From: Octopus sinensis
Taxonomy: Eukaryota
Direction: 5' to 3'
NCBI RefSeq assembly: GCF_006345805.1
Contig: NW_021825114.1
Location: 1 to 16,705 of the forward strand
DNA: 16,705 bases
Of the stretch, positions 1 to 9,408 are shown piece by piece. The number at the start of each line of letters is the position of its first letter. Position 1 is the stretch's first letter. The translations under genes and the position numbers were made by a program. Under the pieces are notes generated by a model. The model was not told the DNA's origin. It did no database searches and worked only from the letters and a program-made list of their open reading frames with translations.

Positions 1-6
1 ATATAT

Positions 7-130
7 GTGTGTGTGTGTGTGTGTGTGTGCGTGTGGGGTGTGAGAGTCTGGTGTATGTGTAAGTGCGTGCGAGTGTGTATGCCTGCGTGTGTGTGCTTGT
101 GTACGAATGGGTGAATGTTTGTATTTGCGT
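7..130. repeat. (GT)n microsatellite with degenerate GT-rich extension
   Basis: Near-perfect GT run from 7 to about 30, then degenerate GTGT/GCGT units. Confidence 0.9.
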
Positions 131-430
131 ATTGAATGGGAAACAAGTCATCAGTCAAAGTTGAGTTGTAATAAAATATTTACAACACGAAGGAATAAAC
201 ATCCACGTTGAAATGTTTCATGCTTTTATAAATATAGATTTATGTGTTTCTATTTAATATGTGTGCTTTTATATATATATATATACATATATACATACAT
301 GAATATGTAAATATTTATATACATATACACATAAACATAAACATATGTACACTTACACACACACATATATATTTACAAATGCGCATAGTGACCACTTCAT
401 TTACGTACATGTTCATCTGCATCCCTGATA

Positions 431-542
431 TGCCTGCCTGCCTGCCCGCCCGCCCGCCCGCCCGCCCGTCCGTCCGTCCGTCCGTCCGTCCGTCCGTCCG
501 TCCGTCCGTCTTGCCGTCTGTCCGTCTGTCCGTCTGTCTGTC
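431..542. repeat. Compound tetranucleotide microsatellite (TGCC)n-(CGCC)n-(CGTC)n-(TGTC)n
   Basis: Directly visible; it produces the PARP/PSVR and DGRT/GGRA repeats in ORFs 244..549 and 397..801. Confidence 0.95.
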
Positions 543-559
543 TCACTAATACACTCTGC

Positions 560-1100
560 ATTTGTTCACCCATCAAACGAAATGCTTTTCCCTGCAAAAT
601 CCAAATCCTGTTCTCTAATCCCGCAACCGCTGTGATCTTGACCCCCGACCTCTCGCCTCCCTTCAAGAAAAGCCTGAACCTCTGCAAATTCTTAAAAATG
701 CACGTCACCCTGTCGCACAAAACAAACAACCGGACAATTCTAAATGCGTTCACAAGAGATGTAGCACATTCCAAACACAATATAAACAAAACCACTACCA
801 TCTTGGTTTCATGTTTCGTGCACTTATCTTCTCCAGGTCCTCATCTATATACTCATGTTTCCTCTTCTACACACTAAGATATCTGTTTCCCATAATACTT
901 CCCATCTATGTGCTTTCACATTGTTTGTGCCTTTATTATTGATGTAAGTCAAAAAATGCCTTCCATTTCTCTCCCTCATTGTATCAGTCACGAAAACAAG
1001 ATGTCCGAAATATTGGAAAGTCTAATTCACATAAATTTAACGCTTAGTTAATATAAAATTATTTTGTGCATATCTACAAATTAATCATTGGTTTTCTGCC
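560..1100 (+). mobile_element. Possible highly decayed Penelope-like element fragment (RT-to-GIY-YIG linker plus terminal-repeat remnant)
   Basis: Plus-strand translation at about 600-695, QILFSNPATAVILTPDLSPPFKKSLNLCKFL, resembles the PLE linker pattern (IL..DP.T..IF...P...F(K/R)R..NL.D.L). A decayed HHR-like motif follows at 987-1014. Similarity judged by eye only. Confidence 0.35.
987..1014 (+). ncRNA. Degenerate minimal hammerhead-like motif (probably inactive)
   Basis: GTCACGA-AAACA-aga-TGTCC-GAAA-TA-TT: the GAAA and palindromic ATAT stem III are present, but CUGANGA has two mismatches and stem II is only partly paired. Confidence 0.3.
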
Positions 1101-1496
1101 TCGTTGCTTACTCTTTTAACAATTTATTAGTAGCAGCATGAGAAAAGTGACCATACCATGGCGCGACTAACGAAATCTTGCTTGCTGTTTGGCTTTTGAT
1201 GAATGCAAATCGGAGTTTAATGCAAATCATTACAACGTACAATGCCAGGTCTATGATGAAGGAATAGTCTCAATTAGCAGAGTTCTCCCCTTAAAAGATG
1301 AACTGTGTTTAGTCTACCAATGGTTTCTGGTATCCATTTTGATTGTTCTGTCCTTCCCCAAATCTTATTTGATGACAGCCAAGTATAATGCTCTGAGAAG
1401 AAATATAGGATATTTCTTACAGTTCTATATTTAAGAGATGTGAAATTATCTACATTATTTACATTTGACGGATATTTGTCTTCATCTTGTTTGTTA

Positions 1497-1540
1497 ACAC
1501 AACATTTCGGCTGATATACCCTCCAGCCTTCATCAGGTGT
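1497..1540 (-). ncRNA. Minimal type I hammerhead ribozyme (Penelope/retrozyme type)
   Basis: Minus strand reads ACAC-CTGATGA-A-GGCTGG-agggtata-TCAGCC-GAAA-TG-TT-GTGT: stem I ACAC/GTGT, intact CUGAUGA and GAAA cores, 6-bp stem II, vestigial stem III (ATGT, one change from palindromic ACGT), UH = UU. Confidence 0.75.
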
Positions 1541-1706
1541 CTTGACAAAAATTTGGAACTTGGGTTCTCATTCCTAAGGTATTTTACGATGTTATTATTA
1601 TTATTATTATTATATTATTATTATTATTATTATTCAGGTCACTATAATAATAATAACATCGAAGAATACCTTAGGAATGAGAGAACGGGTTCGAAATTTC
1701 TCCAAG

Positions 1707-1750
1707 ACACCTGATGAAGGCTGGAGTATATATCAACCGAAATGTTGTGT
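1707..1750 (+). ncRNA. Minimal type I hammerhead ribozyme (second, inverted copy)
   Basis: ACAC(1707)-CTGATGA(1711-1717)-A-GGCTGG-agtatata-TCAACC-GAAA(1739-1742)-TG-TT-GTGT; one stem II mismatch relative to the minus-strand copy. Confidence 0.7.
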
Positions 1751-2636
1751 TAACAACAAACAAGATGAGGACAAATATCCGTCAAATGCTTTTTAATCTT
1801 CAGTGTTTTTTATAAAAATAAGCCGTCGTTCTAATTGATGAAACAAGTTGAGAGCATTATAGTCGTTGTTTGGATAAAGAATTATTTGTCGTTGAAGGGC
1901 ATGCTGGACATGAAAACATTCTATGAAATGATTTCATTCTTTAGCTGAATTCGAAAATTCTTCAACCTGATTTAGATGATCTGAAATACCTGTAATTTTC
2001 CAATTTAATGATCTCATCATACTTATTTGCACCACTGATATATATATATGCGGACACATCATTCTTCTTTTTTGATTGAAATGCTCTTAACATAATATAT
2101 ATATATATTAAATTTGCTTTCGGTGACGCCAAAAATCTCATAAAAAAAGCTTAATAACACAGCAGTAATTTTGCATTTTGTATATAAGAGTGTCGGTGCT
2201 TAGTCCCAAAATAAACTATTCTTTAATTTAATCCAAGTACATGTCTACTTGCATTCCTGCCTGTATAATTAAATATATTGAACGCATTTGGTATTTTCAA
2301 TATATGGAACATATTTGCTTAGTTGTGGAAGAATTATTAAATTTATTAGAGTTGTATGTTCTGCAGGCACTCCTTATTGGAACTTTCAGTAGTTTTAATG
2401 GAACCTTCCTTCCAGATCAGAATGGCAAGACGATGTCTCTTATTACTTTCTTCTTACTCAAGCTAAACGGTAATAGAGGGAAGCGGCTAATATTTTGTGT
2501 CAGTTTTTATTCTAAATAAATGGCGGTTGTCACAACGAGGTGAAAATTACCAATAAGATACTCGCCTGCAAACTGATGTGTTAAAAGGAACTGCAGCAGC
2601 AGCAGCAGCAGGAACAACAACGACAACAACAATAAT

Positions 2637-2774
2637 ATTCTTTTCTACTAAAAGGCACCACGCCTGAAATTTGCAGGGGGGGGTAGTCGATTACATCAAC
2701 CCCTGTGTTTCACTGGTAATTAATTTATTGACCACGAAGGATGACGGGCAAAGTCGACCTCTACGGAATTTGAA
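2637..2774 (-). mobile_element. 5'-truncated tRNA-derived SINE, same family as 5752-6314
   Basis: Shares ttctact...gaaattt...agtcgattacatc.accc...ctggta...gaaggatga..ggcaaagtcgacct...ggaatttgaa with the 5752-6314 element; it breaks off within the B box into (AAT)n. Confidence 0.8.
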
Positions 2775-2870
2775 TAATAATAATAATGATAATAATAATA
2801 TATATTAATAATAATAATAATAATATAATAATATATATTAATAATAATAATAATAACAATAATAATAATA
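2773..2870. repeat. (AAT)n microsatellite, interrupted
   Basis: Directly visible. Confidence 0.95.
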
Positions 2871-3151
2871 AAGCTATTGAAATGCATACAGCTCAAATCC
2901 TTAGAAAAAGAAAGCATTGTTAACTTGAAAACACCTGTTTCTCTTAACTATCAAAAGAGAAATATTACAAACTTTACAGAATTTTAGATCTAAATATCTG
3001 GCCTCCCTCATGTACCGTTGTTAATCATAGACAAAACTCCCAATAAGACTTGCTGCTACTTGATGTATCTAGGAGAAACTTGGAATAACCCATATTAAAC
3101 AAAACAACCATAAAATAATCGTAATAATAATTATTATTGTCCTTATGATTA

Positions 3152-3745
3152 TGAGAGCAGCACACGCCATCAAAGTGACGCTGGGGTATGGGGTACAGAT
3201 ATACGAAGCCCAACATAACCATCAATACTACCCGTCAGATACGGGTACTCCTGGCACACGCATCACATCCATATGTACGTGACATGGTGACCTCATGAAG
3301 AGGAACAGCGCATAAAATTGCATATAGGGCTCAGAATTTTCTTCTTGCCGAGTAGGCCATCTCCCTCAAAATGTCCCTGAATGAGGCTTGTTTAAGGATG
3401 ATGAACAAAACACCTATTGTTTCCAGATTTGAATTCTTCAAATAAATCCTTTAAAATGTTTTAGCCCGAAGGCCGCGGCCATGTTGTTTAAGGATTCCTC
3501 TTAACACATGGCTATGATGCTCCCCACCAAAATCCTGCAAGTGATCAGAGATACACATTCTGTCATCCACAAAAGAACATGCTCAACTGGTTAAGGTCAA
3601 ACAACTAACAAGCAAATCTGTGGTATTGAGCAGAGTATTTGCTGTAGCGAATCTTTTTATACCAAGTCAAACATGTACATGAAAACACTTCCAATCAGTT
3701 AAGATCCGAAGCCATTAGAGCCACTGCCTGGTATTGTGTTGGTGC

Positions 3746-3747
<2 letters not shown>
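3152..3747. mobile_element. Probable interspersed repeat of unknown class
   Basis: About 600 bp of higher-complexity, more GC-rich sequence bounded by (TAA/TTA)n tracts on both sides. No recognisable protein motif. It resembles an abundant octopus repeat from memory only. Confidence 0.35.
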
Positions 3748-3781
<34 letters not shown>

Positions 3782-3893
3782 CATTATTATTATTATTTTA
3801 TGTTTGACTTTTGCTTTGCATTTGTATAAGTTGGCTTCAAGTCTCACCCAGGGACCTCAAGAGACAAGTTAGAAGTTCATGTTGGTGCTATCA
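3748..3893 (-). mobile_element. 3' end of a non-LTR retrotransposon with (TAA)n tail (R4/Dong-like)
   Basis: Minus strand reads ...caccaacatgaacttctaacttgtctcttgaggtccctgggtgagacttgaagccaacttatacaaatgcaaagcaaaagtcaaacataa(aat)n. The 3'UTR-like segment runs directly into a TAA tract, and Dong elements are known to target TAA repeats. Family assignment is from recollection. Confidence 0.45.
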
Positions 3894-3899
3894 TCGTCA

Positions 3900-4205
3900 C
3901 TGGAATATCATCCCTTCGGCCCCATGAAAGAGGGTCTGAGGGGCAAGCCTTATTCCAGTGACGACGAAGTGAAAACTGTACTGAAGAAGTGGCTAAAAGA
4001 ACAGTCAACAGAATTTTACGGTGCTGGGATACATACTCTCATTCGAAGGTGGAACATTGCTATTGAGAGAAACGGTGACTATGCTGAGGAGTAGGGATGT
4101 GATCCACAGAGGACCAGCTTCATTTTGATGTATGATGCATGTCCCTGTGTTGGTAATTATACCTGTCCTAAACAAAATGGCATCACTTTTTGACTCACCC
4201 TGGTA
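3900..4205 (+). mobile_element. Mariner (Tc1/mariner DD34D-type) transposon 3' fragment: transposase C-terminus, right TIR and TA
   Basis: ORF 3879..4094 contains YHPFGPMKEGLRGKPYSSDDEVKTVLKKWLKEQSTEFYGAGIHTLIRRWNIAIERNGDYAEE*, matching the mariner C-terminus after YSPDLAP.D (YHLF..(M/L)K..L.G..F....EV......W......F...GI..L..RW......GDY.E). It ends in a TIR-like cactttttgactcaccctgg followed by TA at 4204-4205. Confidence 0.9.
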
Positions 4206-4724
4206 TTTCTAACACAGTGTCAATTTGATGGCATGCGCTGATCTCTCACTGAATAAGGATAATGATGAGGACGATAACAACAGCAATGACAAGAACAATA
4301 ATATTTGCCTCAAGTTTTGGCACAAATTCAGCAATTTCCAGCATCCTGCTGATCAACTCAACCTTTGTGAAGGTTACACTTGCCTGCGAGATACTCATCC
4401 ACTTCCAAGTTAATTTAACGAGTAGATGTTTCATTAGAATAACCCAACGTCGAAACCGACGGAGGTCCTCTACTTACAAACAATATCAGAGTTTTCTTTG
4501 TGTGTGTTTATGCGTGTGCTGATATTGTATCGATACTCGCGCTGTCTATTGAAGAATCTAGTCTTTTAACGTATGTGTGTGTTTGTTTGTATATACGTGT
4601 ACGCACGTGAGTTTGTGCGTATGTGTGTGTTATATTTGGTTATATTTGAACGCAGACAGACAGTGATAAGCGCACAAGTTCATGATAAAAGTAGAAAGAA
4701 ATAAGAGAATATGGTCATATTTAA

Positions 4725-4915
4725 CCGAAAGAGATAATGAAAGAGAGATAGAAAGAAAGAAATAGAGCGAGAGACAGACCAAGTTAAGAGAAATGAGGAG
4801 TGAATTAGAAGACAAGTGAGAGATAGCCAGATAGATAGATAGATAGGGGGAGAGAGATTGAGAGAATGACAGAGAAAGAGAGAAAGAGAAGGAGAGGGAT
4901 AGAGAGGAGATTCGA
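4725..4915. repeat. GA-rich / (GATA)n polypurine low-complexity tract
   Basis: Directly visible; source of the SLSLSFS-type ORFs on the minus strand. Confidence 0.9.
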
Positions 4916-5139
4916 AGAACAGCGGCAAAGATATAATTTCGCAAAGAATGGTATACAAATATGTGTGAGATAAGACTGAATTGTGAAATGTTGAAAAGAA
5001 GAGGTCTGGAGACAGGTCAAAACTGGACAGATGACTGGATAAAATTGTTTAACCAGTTAGCTGATTGCTGGCTTTTTAACGCTGATAACCGCGGAGATTT
5101 CACTCCTATGTAAACTAATTCACACAGACTCGAAGCAAT

Positions 5140-5750
5140 AACTCTACGATAACGATGACAACAACGAATATAACAAAAGCAATAATAATAATAATAATAA
5201 TATAATAATGGTAGCGGTATCATGAATTGTAAGAATAAGAGAGGCTGCGACAAAAGGTAGAAAAACATCAATAACGATGAAGTGGCGGGTGGGAACGGGG
5301 TAGGAGACACAACATCGTTAATAGCAACAGCAACAACGAGAATAAGAAAGTAAAAATGGGTAACAATGACAAGGGATATCATAGAAATAGCAACAATGCG
5401 ACCAAGAGACAATAAAAATAGCAAAAACTGTATCAAGAGATACAACAACAACAACAACAGCAGCAACAATAGCAAGAACGACAAATATGAATAGGAATCG
5501 TGGCACCTTTGACTGGAATCGGGAAAAGAATGGTAGGAAGGAGAGCAAGAAGCAAATGAGAATTAATTGTGGAAACGAGGATTGAAATGAACCAAGAAGA
5601 GCAACTGAGGTAAGAATGGTAACGGTGCGAACAAGAGAGGACATCAGCAATAGCATCAACGAGGACAAAGGTCATGAGATTGAACAATTGCAACAACGGA
5701 GTCAAGGGACGCAACACCAATTAGCAACAACGAGGACAAGAGGGAACATC
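5140..5750. repeat. Old degenerate trinucleotide (AAC/AAT/AGC/GAC)n low-complexity region
   Basis: Strong A-rich strand bias with recurring 3-nt periodicity; it resumes at about 6330-6480 after the SINE. Confidence 0.75.
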
Positions 5751-5751
5751 A

Positions 5752-6314
5752 ATAATTCTTTTCTACTCTAAGCACAAGGTGTGAAATTTGTGGCGAGTGG
5801 CCAGTCGATTAGATCGACCCCAGTGCGTAACTGGTACTTATTTGATCGATCCTGAAAGTATGAAAGGCAAAGTCGATCGCTGCGGAAATTGAACTCGGAA
5901 CGTAGCGGCGAACGAAGTACGTATTTCTTTACTACCCTAGAAGTGGCTAAACATAGAAAGGACAAATAAGGACAGACAAGGACAGTGCGTAACTGGTACT
6001 TATTTAATCGACCCTGAAAGGATGAAAGGCAAAGTCGACCTCGGCGGAATTTGAACTCAGAGCGTAACGGCAGACGAAATACCTATTTCGTTGTTCCCCA
6101 CAAGGGGATAAACACAGGGAGGACAAACAAGGACAGACAAACGGATTAAGTCGATTACATCGACCTCAGTGCGTAAGTGGTCCTTAATTTATCGACCTCG
6201 AAAGGATGAAAGGCAAAGTCGACCTCGGCGGAGTTTGAACTCAGAACATAACGGCAGACGAAATACCACTAGGCATTTCGCACTGCGTGCTAACGATTCT
6301 GCCAGCTCGCCGCC
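5752..6314 (-). mobile_element. tRNA-derived SINE with internal triplication (one head, three B-box/central-domain units, one tail)
   Basis: Minus-strand head GGCGGCGAGCTGGCAGAATCGTTAGC (A box) starts at 6314. B-box-like GAGTTCAAA(C/T)TCC and central motif GACTTTGCCTTTCATCCTTTC..GGTCGAT...GTACCAGT occur three times (anchor cagtgcgtaa at 5821, 5983, 6167). Tail ...cttgtgcttagagtagaaaaagaattatt. Confidence 0.85.
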
Positions 6315-6659
6315 TACAGAGAGCCAGAACATCAATAAGAACAACAATGACGACAAGATGTATCAACGATAACAATGACAGGGTCAAGACACACTTACGT
6401 CAATAACAGCAGCAATGAAAGTAATAGGAAAACCGAGGGCAAGGGACACAACAAGAATAACAACAATCATAATATCGATAAGATTTACATCAAAACTCTC
6501 CGCCAAAACAAGAGCACTGGTTTGTGTGTGTGTGTGTGTGTATGCGTGCGTGCATACATATATGTACGTATGTATATTTTGTATCATGTACACATTACGT
6601 ATATGTATAATATAGATATACATGCTGCTAAAGCTGATGGTATTATTTCTGTTCTTTCA

Positions 6660-7400
6660 GAGAGCACCGGGTGATGAGATCTCCAACATGTACCATTCCT
6701 AACCAAACTACATCTTTCTTCTCACGTGACACTCATTTCTGTCAAGACTTACCCCTACAGACTTTGCCACCGCATCCACGGTTCGCTCTCTCATTTTCTC
6801 TCCTCCTCTTCAGCGCTTATCCTTGCTCGACCCCCCGACAGTAAATGCAAATCATGGCCAAGCATCTACCTTCATGTAGCTACGATGATGTATTGCAGTT
6901 TACTTAAGCTAGCTCTTTTCAGTTTCATCGATTGTAATCTGGTCACACAGGGTAAACTTTAGAATATTTCTAAGACCCCAGCGATGAAAACAAATTGACC
7001 ATTTTGGAAATCCTTTCTGCCCGCCTCCATGTACCTCTTGCATACAATACCCCATGAAGAATAATGAATCCGTAAAACTGAAGTTTAATCTCATGATCAA
7101 TGGAAGAGCATGATCATATTGGCCTAAATTGTTGGAAAACTGCCATCGCATTGCCAAGTCTAGACTCGACATCAATTCCTACTTTTCCGTTTCTGCCAAT
7201 GTTAATGCACAGATATGTAAAAGAACCGACAAATGGCATTCTGTGAGGCTTTTGTCTGTTACAGTTGATACGGAGTCGGAAGCTGTTGTCACAAAGACTC
7301 ACTCTATGATCTCTTGAATGCTTTCGGGATTAACACTGAGGCAGACTGCTCTCATCTACAAAGAAACGATTCGTTAGTTTGGTGTGCATCCAGGTGGTCC
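6660..7400 (-). mobile_element. Decayed RTE-clade LINE, RT C-terminal region and 3' end
   Basis: Minus translation 7302 to 7027 includes VGSFTYLCINIGRNGKVGIDVESRLGNAMAVFQQFRPI*SCSSIDHEIKLQFYGFIILHGVLYARGTW, matching the RTE pattern V..F.YLGS.I...G....DV..R(I/L).KA...F..L..IW....I....KL..Y...V...LLY..ETW. Contains stops and frameshifts; boundaries approximate. Confidence 0.75.
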
Positions 7401-7559
7401 CAGTGATCGAATTATTTATGGAAGGCGTCATAATAAAGTCGATAACTAACAGGACAGAACACACCCTTATCTTGCTCACATGGCAGTATCGAAAATAGAA
7501 GCGTTTCCGTTTTTTATTTCTGACACAGCCAATAGACTTCCGCTAGAGCGAGCAACTTG

Positions 7560-7612
<53 letters not shown>

Positions 7613-7640
7613 ATGTATATATATATATATATATATATAG

Positions 7641-7691
<51 letters not shown>

Positions 7692-7703
7692 CATATATAT
7701 AGT

Positions 7704-7770
<67 letters not shown>

Positions 7771-7790
7771 TATATATATAATATATATAA
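7560..7790. repeat. Compound (CA)n/(TA)n/(GT)n microsatellite with about 62-bp higher-order duplication
   Basis: The junction atatAGTTgtgtg recurs at 7639 and 7701. Confidence 0.95.
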
Positions 7791-7987
7791 AGATAAGGTC
7801 AATGATTTTAAATAAAATAATGACTTATCAAGTGGGCAGCATAGACAAAAAACTTTAAAAGGTAATAATAATTAAAATCATAAATTAGGGTATCTCCGAG
7901 ACACCACCATGCTGGAAATAGCAGCCATGATCTGACTCTAAAACCACCTTAATTGTCCATACTTATATATATATAAATATACAAATT

Positions 7988-8076
7988 TAGATCTGTTTCG
8001 GCAGGCTTTCAGAAATAGACAAGGATGTTGAATATATCAAAAGAATAGACACCACTTGTTATACTGCTTCATCTAT
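7988..8076 (-). ncRNA. Degenerate hammerhead-like motif with long stem II loop
   Basis: Minus strand reads tAGATGA-AGCAG-[about 60 nt]-CTGCC-GAAA-CAGATCTA: GCAG/CTGC stem II sits next to GATGA and GAAA; the first core bases are mutated. Confidence 0.4.
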
Positions 8077-8590
8077 GCAGACTTTCCCTGGTGATTCAAA
8101 CTTGTCAATGTACTACAATATTTTTAATTTCAAATTACAATATATTAATACCTTTGTATACTTTTGTTCTGTCTCAATTTGAAAAGCAAAGTATTATGGG
8201 TTACTATGACGATGAAGTTAGCGAGCGTAAAATTGTCTAATCCGTTTGGATTCCTCTTGCAACAATCAATAGAGTGATTGGACAAGTAAACCGCAAAGAA
8301 CAGTATTCAAGACATCCCAATCAAAGTTCTTGGGTCGCCATTTTTTGAACTAAAACTCTTCAAGATTCCAAGACGATGAGGGAGTATGACTACAGTTCAG
8401 AGACTGAATCAATTAATACATACATACACATATATATGTATACATACATACATGCAAGCATGCATGCATGCATGCATACATACATACATACATACATAGC
8501 TTTTTATATTCAATCATAATAAATACAGTTTTATATTACTCTGATGGTTTACTCTTTACTTTTTTGTAGAGTACAAATTCATTACTCTTA

Positions 8591-8699
8591 TAGAAGAATG
8601 TTGTTGACAGTGACATCGAAGTTTCGACCAGTTAAGCCATCGTCGGACTGCGACTTAGGTGACCGAAACGTCGAAGCCATTGTCGACATTCTTCTTCTA
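8591..8699. repeat. Imperfect inverted repeat made of two head-to-head decayed HHR-like termini
   Basis: 8591-8636 tagaagaatgttgttgacagtgacatcgaagtttcgaccagttaag versus reverse complement of 8654-8699 tagaagaagaatgtcgacaatggcttcgacgtttcggtcacctaag. Minus strand has CCGACGA-T-GGC-ttaactg-GTC-GAAACTTC; plus strand has GAAACGTC at 8665-8672. Confidence 0.7.
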
Positions 8700-8702
8700 A
8701 AA

Positions 8703-9408
8703 TATTATTATTACTATTCTTATTACTATTATTATCCTTATTACTATTACCCTCATCAACATTACTATTATTATTATCATTATCATTTTATTACTACTAC
8801 TACTATTATTAATATTTTTATTACTACTACTACTACTACTACTACTATTATTAATATTTTTATTACTACTACTACTACTACTACTACTACTATTATTAAT
8901 ATTTTTATTACTACTACTACTGCTACTACTATTATTATTAATATTATTTTTATTACTACTACTACTACTATTATTATTATTATTTTTATTACTACTACTA
9001 TTATTATTATTATTATTTTTATTACTACTACTACTACTATTATTATTATTATTTTTATTACTACTACTACTACTATTATTATTATTATTATTTTTATTAC
9101 TACTACTATTATTATTATTATTATTATTACTACTACTATTATTATTATTATTATTATTACTACTACTATTATTATTATTACTACTACTACTACTATTATT
9201 ATTATTATTTTTATTACTACTACTACTATTATTATTATTATTATTTTTTACTACTACTACTAATATTATTATCATTATTATTTTTATTACTACTACTACT
9301 ATTATTATTATCATTATTATTTTTATTACTACTACTACTATTATCATTATTACTATTATCATCATCATTACTATTATTATTTTTATTATTACTATTATTA
9401 TTATTATT
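8703..9408. repeat. Compound (ATT)n/(ACT)n satellite with higher-order units TTTATT(ACT)n(ATT)m
   Basis: Directly visible; generates the poly-I/T and poly-N/S ORFs 8544..9263 and 8697..9452. Confidence 0.97.

Larger units (their letters stand above)
1462..1788. repeat. Long inverted repeat: two head-to-head copies of an HHR-bearing retroelement terminus
   Basis: 1462 to about 1602 (catttgacggatatttgtc...cgatgttattatta) is the near reverse complement of about 1645-1788 (taataataacatcg...gacaaatatccgtcaaatg). The arms are separated by (TTA)n and a short spacer, tcaggtcact. Confidence 0.95.

Noticed and set aside
120-160. CTGATGA on the minus strand (tcatcag near 149-155) as a hammerhead core
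   Set aside because: No stem II or correctly placed GAAA follows.
3025-3110. Faint similarity to about 3595-3680, suggesting an older copy of the same repeat
   Set aside because: Too diverged to support by eye; needs an alignment.
4421-4475. Nested hairpins (CGTCG-aaac-CGACG; AGTAGA/TCTACT) as structured RNA
   Set aside because: Stems of 5-6 bp are expected by chance and no ribozyme core could be assigned.
5017-5720. Hydrophobic minus-strand ORFs resembling membrane proteins
   Set aside because: They are the antisense of A-rich degenerate triplet repeats, which automatically yields L/V/F/I runs.
5821-6260. Regularly spaced repeats as a CRISPR array
   Set aside because: Units are 160-185 bp with homologous rather than unique spacers, carry Pol III B boxes, and no cas genes are present in this eukaryotic context.
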